Assembly: GCF_036321535.1 (NCBI RefSeq)
Contig: NC_087437.1
Location: 55,120,001 to 55,184,000 of the forward strand
From: Camelus dromedarius
Taxonomy: Eukaryota
Length of the DNA: 64,000 nucleotides
Direction of reading: 5' to 3'
Part shown: in pieces, positions 48,770 through 60,640 of the stretch
How positions within the stretch are numbered: the stretch's first letter is position 1
Layout of the letters: every line of letters starts with the position of its first letter
The notes under the pieces: model-generated
Databases searched by the model: none
Told to the model about the DNA's origin: nothing
The model's input: only the letters and a program-made list of their open reading frames with translations
Translations under genes and position numbers: made by a program

Positions 48770-49290
48770 CCCCCAAACCTGTTTGTGCTAATTGCATTAG
48801 TTAGTGTAACTGTTTAATTCAAATATTATGCAAACAGATGAAGTATGTGTGAAAATAAAAGATTGTTTCAATGAAAATTTAATCAGTTGCTTTGAAAAGG
48901 CTTAAAGGGGATGAGTTGCTCAAAAATACTCTACAATCAGTTTGTGGGTGAAGCACCTGCACAGGATGACGAAAAATTAAAACCTAGAAGAATTCGGCAA
49001 GTTTTTAAGGATTTCCTCTATTAAGACAAATAAAACCAACGAAAATAAAATAAAAACAAAACCACTTCTTGAAACTGGAAATAATGGAGGATATGTAATG
49101 GGAGTGGTTTAGTCAAGAAAAATAAGAAGGAACTCGTAATTGGAAGATGCATGCTTAAAAAAAGGGACTTGGCCTACTTGGCAAATGAATGTCTTAAATT
49201 AAAATATATGCATTTGGGTGATCCCCAACTTTAACCACCTTTTCTGATTAGCTGACCCTGGTGGCAGTGTGTTTCTTTAATATTAAGATA
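48770..49290 (+). mobile_element. TcMar-Tigger fossil (Tigger15a-like) with decayed transposase N-terminus
   Basis: Translates KIVSMKI*SVALKRLKGDELLKN and KLEIMEDM*WEWFSQEK*EGT.../MLKKRDLA, resembling the Psq- and CENP-B-type HTH motifs of Tigger transposases. Confidence 0.75.
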
Positions 49291-49629
49291 AAAACATCAA
49301 AGTGAAGTCCAAGAGCCTCTCTTGAGGATTTGATTTTTCTAAACTTCCCATAAAATTTCTTTTTATTCTTGTAAATCTGTTTCTTGCAGACACTTCTTCC
49401 AGACCTTTTTCCCCTTGACAGTCAAGCTTTGCTTTAGAGTCAAGTACCAAGAATTCAGCATTAAATTAGTGTTTGTTCATCTTAGCAAACCAGTCATATT
49501 CACTCAAAATCTCTAGCCAGATTCACTATTCAGTGTCTTTAGATTTCAACAATGCAGGACCATCTGTGGCCACTGTCAACATTATAGTTTCCCTTTATGG
49601 AGTGTATGAGCCACAAACATGGACACGCC

Positions 49630-50040
49630 CTTTGCCTCAGCCTTGCCTTCTGGGGAATGCATGCTGTAGAAACAATGTATCTGATAAGAAAAATGAACAG
49701 CACAAAGATGTTCATTGCAGCATTATATATAATAATAAATACACCAAAAACTGCTTAAATAATTTAGCAATGGGATAATCATTTTATTGTAATGAATTGG
49801 CCAAATATCATTTGGTAATTATTGCTGGTTGTTTATGTAGTCATGAAAATGATAATTACAAAGAATTTTAGCCATTAACTGTTGAAAAAATAATATGATA
49901 GTAAATTAAGTGAAGAAAGAAAAATGCAAAATGGAAAAAAGCCTCATGATTATAAATGTAATAAATGTATACATGAAATTGGTAAGCTGGGGAAGAGTTG
50001 GAGTTTTTATCTTTTGCCTATTTTTCACTTGTTTCATTCT
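49630..50040 (+). mobile_element. Ancient L1ME-like fragment
   Basis: CACAAAGATGTTCATTGCAGCATTAT...AGCAATGGGATA...TTAAGTGAAGAAAG. Confidence 0.65.
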
Positions 50041-50959
50041 TTCAACAATTAGAAAATCCCACGTTATGCAACAGTTCACCAGTTTTTCAGCCTTGGTGTC
50101 CTGGGAGGCCTTGAAATGTCTGAGGTTTGACATAGAGTTGCTCAGGACCACAGAACTACCACCCAGAGGAGTGAGGATTAAGCAAGAGCTTCCTGAATTA
50201 CGAGTGGACTGGGTTGGAAAGTACCTCTGTGTTCATACTGCTCCAATCCTCTCATTCTACAAATAACATTAATTATAGCACTTACTAACCATTTGACCTG
50301 AACGAGTTACTTATCCACTCTATACCTTGGTTTCCTCATCTGCAAAATGGAATAATAGAAGTATCTATGCCCACTGTTTGCTGGGAGGTTCAAATGATAT
50401 GAATACAGCGCATGGCACGGACTGGAGTAAACCCTCAACCAGTGTTAGTTATTAACATGACAAAAGTTAGTGGTTGAGCCAGGACCAGAATTCAGGTTTC
50501 CTGACTCCCCTACAGGGGCTATTTCTATCGTATCCACACCCTTCATCTTAGTCCCGGCTGCAGTCCTTTGCTTTGCCGAGTACTGGTCAAGAAGAAGGCT
50601 ATTTCAGTAATACTGAGGATACTGTGACTTCACTTAACTCTTGCCCATCAGGCGGCCAGAAGCATACACTGCAGTCAGGACTACGTACGGAAGCTGTCAG
50701 GGGTAGCGTAAGAAGACAGTACCTACGGAGCTGAAAATATGCTTGGGCTCAAATCCTGTGATTATTTGTGTTCTGCTTGACTTCTTCATCCGCTCTTGCT
50801 TTTAGGAGCTTTGGTTTTCTTATTGGCAAAATGGGGATTAGCAGGGATAATCCTTCCCGGGCATATGTGATGTGAGCTGCCGTATGTGAAAGGCCTTTAC
50901 AGGATGCAAAGTGGGAATACAATTCAAAGTGATGATTTTGTTATTTAAAATTATTTTTA

Positions 50960-51230
50960 TTTTAAAAACACTTATATAGTGCATTTTATGTGCCAGGCCT
51001 TATTCCTAGGACTTTACAAGAATTGATTAATTAAGGAGACTGCCCATACGGTCCTGTAAAGTCCTACTACTATATTGTATTATGTCCTACGATTGGCCTA
51101 GCTTTACTCATGGAGGCACACGGGGATCAAGAACCTACGTTACAGAGCTGGTAAGTGGCAGCACTGAGATTTGAACTTAGGGCCTAGTAGTCTGACCACA
51201 GAGTCCATGCATAGTTCTCAGCCTGCTTTA
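50960..51230 (-). mobile_element. MIR SINE
   Basis: ACACTTATATAGTGC..TATGTGCCAGGC...GAGGCACA...GCTGGTAAGTGGCAG..CTGAGATTTGAAC. Confidence 0.75.
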
Positions 51231-52859
51231 CTAGCACTGAAGATGCCTTGACCTAAAAGTGAAGAGCCGGAGGTTCTAGGGTCTGCCCTCCTTCCTCACA
51301 AGGTTTAATTTCATATAGTCCAGTCCAGTGCAGTCCCATCCCGTAAGATCCAATCTTATTCAGTTCAATGCATTTCAGCTCGAGAAACACTCTTTTAAAT
51401 GTTTAGTTTGTGCCAGCAGTCACTGCACTAAGCGGTCTGGGAGTTAACAGAGAGGAGTAGGACCCAAGGCACTTGGGTCTTGATGATCTTAAAACATAGA
51501 CTGAATAAATTAGTCTCAAGAAAGGATGTCAAAGCTGGAACTGTGAGGGTCAGAATAAAGGGGCTTTGTAAAGTCTCACCTCTTCATTGCTCATTAAATA
51601 AAAACAGGCCCAGCCAGTGGGGAGATAGGGGTCTCCTGGAAACACAGAGTCTGGATTGGAGAGGAGTTGGAAAAACAGGCACTCTGGACCCCTGGAAAGT
51701 AAACAGTCTTTGACTGGGTTTATGCCTTCAACACTGGGACCACTGCTGTCTGTCTGGTTCCAGACCTTGTTGCCAGCAGCCTTCATGTCGAGCTAAGTCA
51801 TCTCAGTGTCCTGGTATGTGTGACTTTTTATTCTTCCTCCTCCACCAAGCATCCTGAAGGAAATCTCATATGGAAGGGATATTCTATCTTTTGAACATCA
51901 AGAGAAACAGTCCATATAAAGCACCCTGCAGCTACCTTGCCCATAGTTGGTGCTCATGAGGTGGCACATATTACCATCATCATCCTAAAAATGTCATCTG
52001 ATGCTTTCCCGTAATTCCTTCTGGGAGAGTCTGAGTGGCCCCGCAGGCCCAGCTGCAAAGGACGATCACTTGTCTCTTTTAGGGAGTTCTGTCTTTCTGT
52101 TCCCAGGCGAAAAGTGGGACAAACCAGGCCAAGCATTACCGATCGTGCTCCGGCTCGTCCAGTGGTCACACGGCACAGAATATGAATATTCCCCAAGGGT
52201 AAACTGTTCCCTTACACAACATTTTTGACGTTACACAATTAAAAAGGCTTGCACATTAAAATTTAAGGCATGTGTAAGAACCTCATAATTAACTGCTGTC
52301 TGTATAACCAGACAGCTCCAGCAAGTTAATTTGATGTCTGTTGCGAGACTTAATAATTGTCAGTGATTTTTTAAAAAACAATTTACTGGTATAATCATTA
52401 ACTATCCCTAGATTATCTTGTCAAATTGATAATTAAATGCCTCAAAAATTCATTACAGAGTCAGTGTATTAATAGGAATGTAATTAAGTAATGTTTGCTT
52501 ATGTAAGCTAGAGTTTATTATTTGTACATTTATTTATCTTTTCTACACTTACCAAATCTTCCTAAGGGCCTCTTCGGAATCAATAGAAAACCAAGAATCA
52601 ATAATATGTCTTATTAGATCCAAATGAGCAACTTAATTGAGAGACTGTGAAATAAATGTGGGTTTTTCATACTTGGAGAGGGAGGAGAGATGGTTCCTAT
52701 TCCATGGTAGGGTTATCGGTTGGGAAAACAGAGCCCACTTCATTCCTTCTTCTGTGTCCTCCTCCATCTTTCTTCCTTCTTCCTTTCCATCCCTTCCATC
52801 CTCCCTTTCTTTTCTTTCCTCTTTCCCTCTCTTTCTTCCTTTTTTCCCCTTTTCTTTCT

Positions 52860-53220
52860 TTCATCAAACCTTTACGTGCTTGCTATGGGCCAGCCATTGT
52901 GTAAGATGCTGAGCATATATAAGGTATGATTCTAGTCTCATGTAGCCAAGGACAGAAACCTGTAAAAAACTGCAGTGCAACCTTTATAGCTACCCTGGAG
53001 GTGTGCACAGCACGCTAAGGGGGGCACAGAGGCAGGAACAAGTAACAGCACTGGTGGTCGGGGAAGAGCTCTCAGAGAGGATGACATCTGAGCTTGCCAG
53101 AGATCAGGATGTAGGGGTTTTCCAGGGAGAAGTCTGAGAGGGGCATTCCAGGTGCAGGGAATCGCATCTGCAGCAGAGAGCATGGACCACTCCGGAGTTA
53201 GATGGAAAGGGATGAGTTTT
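52860..53220 (-). mobile_element. L2 fragment
   Basis: TGCTTGCTATGGGCCAG...GAGGATGACATCTGAGC...GGGCATTCCAGGTGCAGGGAA. Confidence 0.65.
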
Positions 53221-54439
53221 ACACTGCTGAGCATCAAGAGCAGAGCTGTGGTTTGAAGGACAGCTTTGGAGGTAAAAGGAGCGCTACCTGAAGTTCTTAC
53301 ACAGTTACAGGGTCCCGTAGCTTGCCCCAGGAGCCTTGAGTCTTCCAGATATGCATACACATTGCAGTCCGGCTGGCCCTTCCCTTCCACACCCTCTCCT
53401 GACGCTCATCGTGTGCCCAGGGTTTTACAGGTACATCAGATTTCTGCTCTGTTGTCACCGCAAAGATACTCATACTTTTCAGATCACGTACCCAAATTTT
53501 GAGTTGGATGAAAAACAATGTATTTCAACTCGGGCCTCCAAAAAGAGGAATCTGTGGTTCAGTTTGGTTATTCCCAGAAACTCTCTGACGTGCCCAGGAA
53601 CAACAGAAGTCAAACTCAAGGATATTTGGTTATATGAACAACCCTGGATAAGATTTAGAAGGCAAAGAGCCTTAAATGTAAATTAAAACTTTTCAAACCT
53701 CTATATAGAACTCAGTCACTCATCACCTTCTTAGCCTTCATAACTACTGAGACACACAGGACCCAGTGGTGATAATTTTTGTCCTCACCAAGAGACAATC
53801 ACTATAAAGTGTCTGCCTGTGTGGAGTTTCCCCTGGCAAGAAGGCTGGATGGCTTTTGGTGAAGAAGGAAAAGAGAGAGAGAGGGAGGGTGGAAATTAAA
53901 AGCAGATTATGATACTTAAAACTATACTGGCTACACTCGGCAGGTAGAAAATGTGTTCAAAGTCTCTGAAGACTTTCTCCTGATGCTTGGAGATCAGTCT
54001 CATTTCCTAACACTGTTCTCAAGCTCAGGCCCATGGAAGAGTCTGCTTGGAGGGCTCTCCGGGTCCCAGGGAGTAAGGACGGTGGTGCATTTCTGACACT
54101 GACGTGCTGTGTGCGCACCAGGCCTCCCTCAGTGATGTGTCCTGTGACCAGCAATGTTTTAAAATGACTAAGATAATCACATTAGATGATCACTTTAGAC
54201 AAGGTCAAGAGGAGATCAAAGGCAATGGCTAAGTAATCCTGAGTACAAAATTCTCTGCACTCTGAGCCTGAAAGCATTTGGAAGTAACAAAAGACACTCT
54301 ATAAATACAAAGTAGCTTTACTTAAAAAAATATATAGGTTTATGGAAAGCATTACTTCGAAACCCTACTCGACCCATCTGCAGGTTTGACAAGAGAGGGT
54401 AATTCAGTTTGTTAAAGCTTCTAGACCAAGATGCTAGAT

Positions 54440-54690
54440 GATATTAATGAAGCCTGGACCCGAGTCTGATGATCTAGTCTGAAGTCCCTGATCTGCTATT
54501 TACTACACTTGCTAAGTGGATGACTCGGGACCAGCTGTCTTCTTTGGGCCTCAGTTTCCTCAGATGTAAAATGGGGATAAGCCTCCCAACCCCACTAACC
54601 TCACATTGCTGTTGGATCAAATGAGATCCTGAGTATAAAATACCTTACAAACAGGTCACAAAACCCTACAGAAACATGAAGCGTAGTGTT
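54440..54690 (+). mobile_element. MIR SINE
   Basis: TCTTTGGGCCTCAGTTTCCTCAGATGTAAAATGGGGATAA...GGATCAAATGAGAT. Confidence 0.8.
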
Positions 54691-54949
54691 ATGATCGGAT
54701 CTAAAAGGCTGTAAACATTTCAGAGGAAAATATTCAGTCCTTAAAGCACATGGTTAGAGTCAGGTGCCACCTTATGCATCAGATGCTGGCTCCCAGGCAC
54801 AGGTGAGCAGACTTACCTGTTCCCGTTCTTGAGCGGGGTTACTCTTCCCAGTGCTCTCCGTAGAGGCAGTTTCTGTAACTCCCCGTAGACCTGTCTGCAT
54901 CCTCGGTTAGTCTGTAAGTTCTGTGGGAGGAAGGATCCTGCCCGTTGGC

Positions 54950-55225
54950 AGTCCAGCATGGTGGTAAACCTGCCAGATTTAGGGACAGGCAGCCCCGGCC
55001 AGTCCTAATCCCAGCCCTGGCTTTGCCACTTGCTGCGTGACTCTGGGCAAATTACTGAATTTCTTCAAGTCTTAGTTTCCTCCCCTGTGATACAAGGTTA
55101 ATAAATATGCCTACTTCATAGTGTGGTAAGAAGATTAAATGCGCGAGTACATGCCAAGTGCTTAATACGAAGCCTGAAACACAGGAAGTGCACGAGGAAT
55201 GCTGGGAACTTGTTATTATTACTAT
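54950..55225 (+). mobile_element. Full-length MIR inserted into an L2 3' end
   Basis: MIR head to tail; L2 motif CTGTAAGTTCTGTGGGAGGAAGGA before it, GTATCTCTAGGGCCTAG..CAATAAATA after it. Confidence 0.75.
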
Positions 55226-57179
55226 CGCCATCGCTATTGTTATTCTCCCCTTCGTATCTCTAGGGCCTAGGACAGTGTTCAGCATTAATCGGTGTTCAAT
55301 AAATAGGTCACAGAAGAATCAAAAAGTAAGCCCCTATCTCAGCAGATGCTTATACTGAGATGAATAAATCCTAAAGGTCAGAAAATAATTGGAGAATGAG
55401 TGCGTTGTTTGGGCTGGGGGTTCAGACTTCGGGGTTCTTTCTACCATTATCTCTCCTGGTAATGAGAGCAGTTCTACTGTGCTGGAAATTCATAGTATTG
55501 GTATATCACTTGAGAGTTTTTAAATAATTTTTAAAGGCAGTATCAGATTGGGTTCCCACACTATCCCTGTGGGACAGGTAATATCATACCACCCACTTCA
55601 CAGATAAAAACACTGAGGTTCAGAGCAGGGGAGTATCCTGCCCATCCGTCACACCTCTGGTAAGAAGGAGCATTGAAATTAGGTTTTCTGGCGCGTTCTT
55701 CTTTCATCTCCCTAGGAAGAGACTCAAGGCTAACCCACCCCAGGACTGGGTCTCTGATAGTGGCCAGGGAGAGTGTTCTGGAGAAGGGCCTGCTTTGCAC
55801 TTTGGTTTTGAATCCTCATTTCCTTGACCTATGAAATTTCCTTCACTGTCATTTGAGCTGGGTTTTCCCCACTGAGAGCTAAGGGGCTTCAACCAGTCCC
55901 TGCTCTGAAGGTGGAAACCAGAAGCCCCGAAGGTCTTCCAACCTAGGCCATTTAGGCAAACCAGACATGGGAGTGTTATTACACCACTGTTCAACTTTAT
56001 AAATCCCCCAGAGTGCCTGCAGAAAAAGTATTTCTCTCGAGAAATCTAAAACCCCTGATCATTTCTTCTGAGGAATTACCAGCACGTTGCAAAACTGGCA
56101 TGGTTATCCATTGTCTGACCTTTACTCCAGTCCCATTCTCTTGTATCTCTGCAGCATTGCATACTTTGGACACTCTCTCCTTCAGTGTTTCCTGAGACCC
56201 AGCATTACTCTGGTTCTTCTCAAGTATCTTCGTCCTGACCTTCTCCCGTTCTTTCACAGCTCCCTAACTTTGGACATTTCTCAAATCTAAGCCTGTGTCC
56301 TCTGTTTTTTATTCTCTCACTCCTTTCATCAGCTCTAGTGTGGCTTTTAAGCCGGGCACTGGGTATGTAAAGATGAATAAATTCAAATACCTGGCCTCAA
56401 GGAGCCCACAGTCTGGTAGAGGGGGGATGGATGAGATGGGTGAGCAAAGACCTCTAAGTCTAAAGCTGTGCTGTGCTTTGGCAGGGCTGCTTGGGGCTTG
56501 ACTGGAGGGTCCAGCACAGGGTGAAGGGCAGAAAAGTCTCTGTGGAAGGTGTCTTCAGGGATGTCTTAGAGGACAAGAAGGTGCTCCTCATTCGAATAGG
56601 AAAAGGAAGGGCACCTGGGATAAGAGCACAGCTTGTACAAAAGAATCAAGGGAAAAAAAAAAACAACTCTTGAGTTTTGCTTTCCAAATCTGAAAACAAG
56701 ATAATAATATTTAACTTGCAATGCTGATAATGTATGCAAATAGAGCCGGGAAGTTAGTAGGTAATAAATGAATGGCCAATGAAGCAACAACAAGAACAAT
56801 AATAGCAAGCCCCTTTCTCTTACTAGTCCTCGTATTTCCTATTTTTGGGAGGTGGGGGTAAAAAATGGAATTGGACTAGAAGATTTTTTTTTAAAGGTCT
56901 TTCTGGATGTGACAGCCTAAGATGCCTTAAAATCCTCTGGGAAAATTAAAAACAGTGCAATCCCTTCCCCTCCATACATTTTCCCAGTGCTGGGCGAGCC
57001 TCAGCACTCTTACCCTTGTGAGCACACAAAACATTTACTCTAAGAACCATCAGTTTTACTGACATATAAATGCCACCTTATTATATATATTTCGCCATCT
57101 CACAGACTGTCAGGTTTTGTGTGGTTGAATTTTATACATGGCTCACCTTGCCTTCTCTTCTTGATTGTAACAAGGACAG

Positions 57180-57400
57180 GTGCTGCTGGATTTAGAGCCG
57201 GAACACAAGAGTCCAGTTCTGGCTCTGGTACCTACTGGGTCCCAGAGCTTGGGTCATTTCCTTCATCTCCGTTTTCTCATATGTGAAATAGGGAACGTGA
57301 TAAGGGCCAACTTTGGGAATTTTTATATAATATTTAATGAGATACTGTATATGATGATACTTCGCAAAATCTAAAGCATTGTAAAGATGGAAATTTCATA
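57180..57400 (+). mobile_element. MIR SINE
   Basis: GAGTCCAGTTCTGGCTCTG...CTTGGGTCATTTC..CGTTTTCTCATATGTGAAATAGGG...TTTAATGAGATA. Confidence 0.7.
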
Positions 57401-57424
57401 TTACATTTGTCTCTGCACCTGCAC

Positions 57425-58198
57425 CAATCAAGACTCTTCTGATTGCAACTAACAGAAACCCAACTCAAAATAGACTAAGTGAAAAATCCCACTTTGGACA
57501 CAGAACTGAAAAATTGCAACAGGGATTGTGAGAAAATCAGGGCAAGGCTTCCTCATCTTCCTTCAGCTATGCTTTTCTCTGCGTTGGCTTCTTTGTCAAG
57601 CATCTCTTTTCCTTTCTTTCTTTTTTTTTATTGTAGTACAGTTGATTTACAATGTTGTGTTAATTTCTGGTGTACAACATAGCTATTCTGTTGTGTATAT
57701 ATATACACTTTTTCATTATAGGTTATTGCAAGCTATTGAATATAGTTCCTTGTGCTATACGGTAGGAACTTACTGTTTATCTATGTTATATATATTAGTT
57801 TGTATCTGCTAATTACAAACACCTGTTGATCTCTCCCTGCTTTTCCCCTGATGTTTCTCAGAAGCTTCATGTTTATATCCTATCAGTTAAAAAACCTTAA
57901 CCAAAAGTTGAGGTGTTCCCCCCAAGTAATTTTGGCAATAATTCCACAATTAACTCTGCATAGACTGATACAGGCGTGTGCCCTCCAGTTCAGTTGTGTG
58001 GCTGGCAAGTGTAGATGTGCGGATTGACCAAGCCTGGGTCTATTCCATAAGCAGAACCTAGAGGACTGAGGTCAGTTCCTCATGAACCACATGGATTGAG
58101 AGGGGGAGGGCTGGTTCTTTAAAGGAAAAGTCAAGTGCTGTTGCCAGAATAGGAGAAAGTAGGTGCTGGAAAGGCCGAAACAACAGAGATGCTCTGTA
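57425..58198. mobile_element. Old MaLR LTR (MLT1J/K/L-like) interrupted by an L1
   Basis: CAAGACTCTT.TGATTGCAACTAACAGAAACCCAACTCAAA start; GATTGACCAAGCCTGGGTC...AAAGGAAAA.TCAAGTGCTGTTGCCAGAA end region. Confidence 0.7.
57613..57835 (-). mobile_element. Cetartiodactyl-type L1 3' end nested in the MLT1 LTR
   Basis: polyT then ATTGTAGTACAGTTGATTTACAATGTTGTGTTAATTTCTGGTGTACA...TGAATATAGTTCCTTGTGCTATAC...GTTTGTATCTGCTAAT. Confidence 0.88.
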
Positions 58199-60112
58199 GC
58201 ACCCTTCACCACAGCCTGACCCATCAAAGCCACACACTTAAAAGACCTTAAAAGGCACACACTCTGACACCGCCACGCCGCACATGTAGGGAAGATACTG
58301 TGGCGAAGCAGAGTATCAACTTGCTCCGGCACAACTCGGAAAGAAGGCAGGTCGTGGAAAGTTCCAAAGCGGGGATATTCGCAGGGCATATATTGGGAGT
58401 CCAACCAATGTTTAATAGCTTTGATTTTTGTTGATTTCAAACTGGCCTAGTTTTCTTACCCTGGCGTTGGTGAGCTGAGACCGTATTTTTAAACAAAGTC
58501 TTTTAAAATAAAACTTCCACTCATTTGAATACCTGTCTGAAAGCGGGAGGGCCTCTGATGAGTTCACCCCAGGACAAGCTCGGGGCTATGGAGCCAGGCT
58601 GCCGGGAGGGAAGCAGGAAAGGGCAGAGCCCAAGCGACAGGACCGTATTGTTTCCTGCCAGCTGGGGCTGCTCCCTCCTGCCCCGAGCCTCCAGGCAGCA
58701 GGGCCTCCTGGCCTTGGGTGTCCTTTCTGCTGGGCACGGCGGGGGCTCACCTGGGGGCCCATGTTCAGTCCTCCATCCTAGCTCTGGTGACAACTGGCTA
58801 GATTCGTTGGCAGCCACTGGATGGAGTCTAGCGGAAGACTCAGATAATGCCAGAAATGGCCCTGAGCTTGAGCTGCTGATACTCTGGGAAAACAAACTAA
58901 GCTATGAGAATTTAGGGTCCTCCACGTCTTCTTTCTCTTCCTCCCTTCCCCACTTCCTCCCTGACTTCCTTCTCCACTAATTTTTCTCCTTTTTCCTCCT
59001 CCCATTTGCCCCTTCTACTAAAATGAAATCCCCTTAAGGACAAAATGTATGTCTTAATTATGGACAAAGGCCTGGTTGGGGGAAGATAGTAAGACAAGTA
59101 ACATGCAAATCATGTCTTTAAACGTCCACTGTATTAGTGGGAGCAGCCCCAGTGAAGCCAAACCAGAGGCAGGCAGTGGTGACCACCCCACCCCACTACA
59201 GGCACATCTGGTCGCTTGGGAGTTCAGGGGCAGAAGTAATTTCTGCTGAGAACTCCTGGGATGTTTTCTGAAGCAGGTTTTACTTAAGTTTTGAAGAGCA
59301 CTCATTGAAAAGATACAAGTAAAACCTGGCAAATAAGAGCCAAGGACATGGGCACAACCACAAGAAAGCCTCAAGTTTTATGCGTCGATGATTCTACAGC
59401 TTGCTGATGGGCTGTTGTCCTTCACTCAGAGCTCGATTAATTTTAGTTTGTACAAACTGCTAATGAATTTGGTTATGTACAAGTATATATGAGACCCAAA
59501 CCAGCAAATTAAAAGTGGGGAAGGGGCTACCACAGGCAGGCTCCTGCAAATGGAGAGACGTACAAGGCAGCGGCTTGATAAGAGAGGAGGCAGGAAAACC
59601 AGAACAAAACCCCACTGCAAATCCTCAAGAATCAGAAGATCACAGCGATGCAGATGGGGTGTGGAAGTCAAGCCGTCCTCTAGGCTGAAAAGAGTCCTCT
59701 AGAGCGTCATCACACATTAGAGTTCAGTGAAGAAAAGGACAGCCTCCAGTCCCTTCAGAAACGGCTGGATTATATTCTTTATGCTTTGTGTTAGAGTACA
59801 GACAAATGCATAATCGATTTTAGAAAGAGTTCCGTCCCAATTGAGCTATAATAAAATTTGTACTAAAGCCATAAGCCTGCAGCATTTGGAATGCTGCATT
59901 CTGGAGAAGGAATAATGTGGTTTGACTTTTAATAAACCTGAGAGTGCTGTGAGTCATTTTAGGTCCTACCCCCCATCTCCTCATCGTTTCTGCCTCCCTC
60001 ATCCCTAAGGTTTCTTTTCCTCTTTCCCCGACTGTGGCTTTCAGCACCTGGCTCCTGAGTCTGGCACACTGGGCCACTGTTGGTCCTTCTTTTGCAGCAT
60101 TTCCGGTATGGC

Positions 60113-60195
60113 GGGGAGGGGGTGGGGAGGGGCAGGGGAGGAAGTGGGGAGGGGGCAGGGAGGGGGCGGGCAGGGCGCAGGGGAGAGGCCTGGGG
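60113..60195 (+). other. G-quadruplex-forming G-rich tract
   Basis: 13 runs of 3 or more G with mostly 1-3 nt loops. Confidence 0.75.
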
Positions 60196-60529
60196 ATCTG
60201 GGCACTGGGCTTAGCTTCCCACCTAAGAGCTGGAGATTTTCGAAAAATCACTTTCCTTCTTTGAAGCTTTGTGTTTCCATTTGGAAAATGGGAATAATAA
60301 CCCTTCTTCATGGAGTTGTTATGAAAACCAAAGACATTAATTGATGTGAGATTACTAAACTGAACAGTGGTTCCATTCTTGGCCTATACATTGTGCTTCT
60401 AATCCCCCCACCAAGATTTGCACACATGTCTGTCTCTCACATTTGATTGTTAGCTTACTTGAGGTTGTGTTTTCCTGGACTTTTTTTTTTTTTTTGGTAT
60501 CTCCTTGAAGAAAGGCTTTCTTGAATGAC

Positions 60530-60640
60530 TCTGTAGGTCATGTGTACTGCCCAACGCTGGGGAGGGACACTACTTTATATGACCATGCAGTGAACAGTGT
60601 CCTCTGTGGCTGTGTGATGCACGGGCTCCGACCAGAGTGC
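60530..60640. mobile_element. MER91-like hAT-Tip100 MITE remnant
   Basis: Degenerate inverted arms TGTGTACTGCCCAAC..GGGACACT / AGTGTCCTCTG..GCTGTGTGATGCAC. Confidence 0.45.

Noticed and set aside
51315..51380. Pentamer-periodic array (CCAGT/TTCAA-like) as a novel repeat
   Set aside because: Sits directly before an antisense L2 3' end and is best explained as its decayed simple-repeat tail
59445..59458. 14-bp palindrome AGTTTGTACAAACT
   Set aside because: Several palindromes of this size are expected by chance
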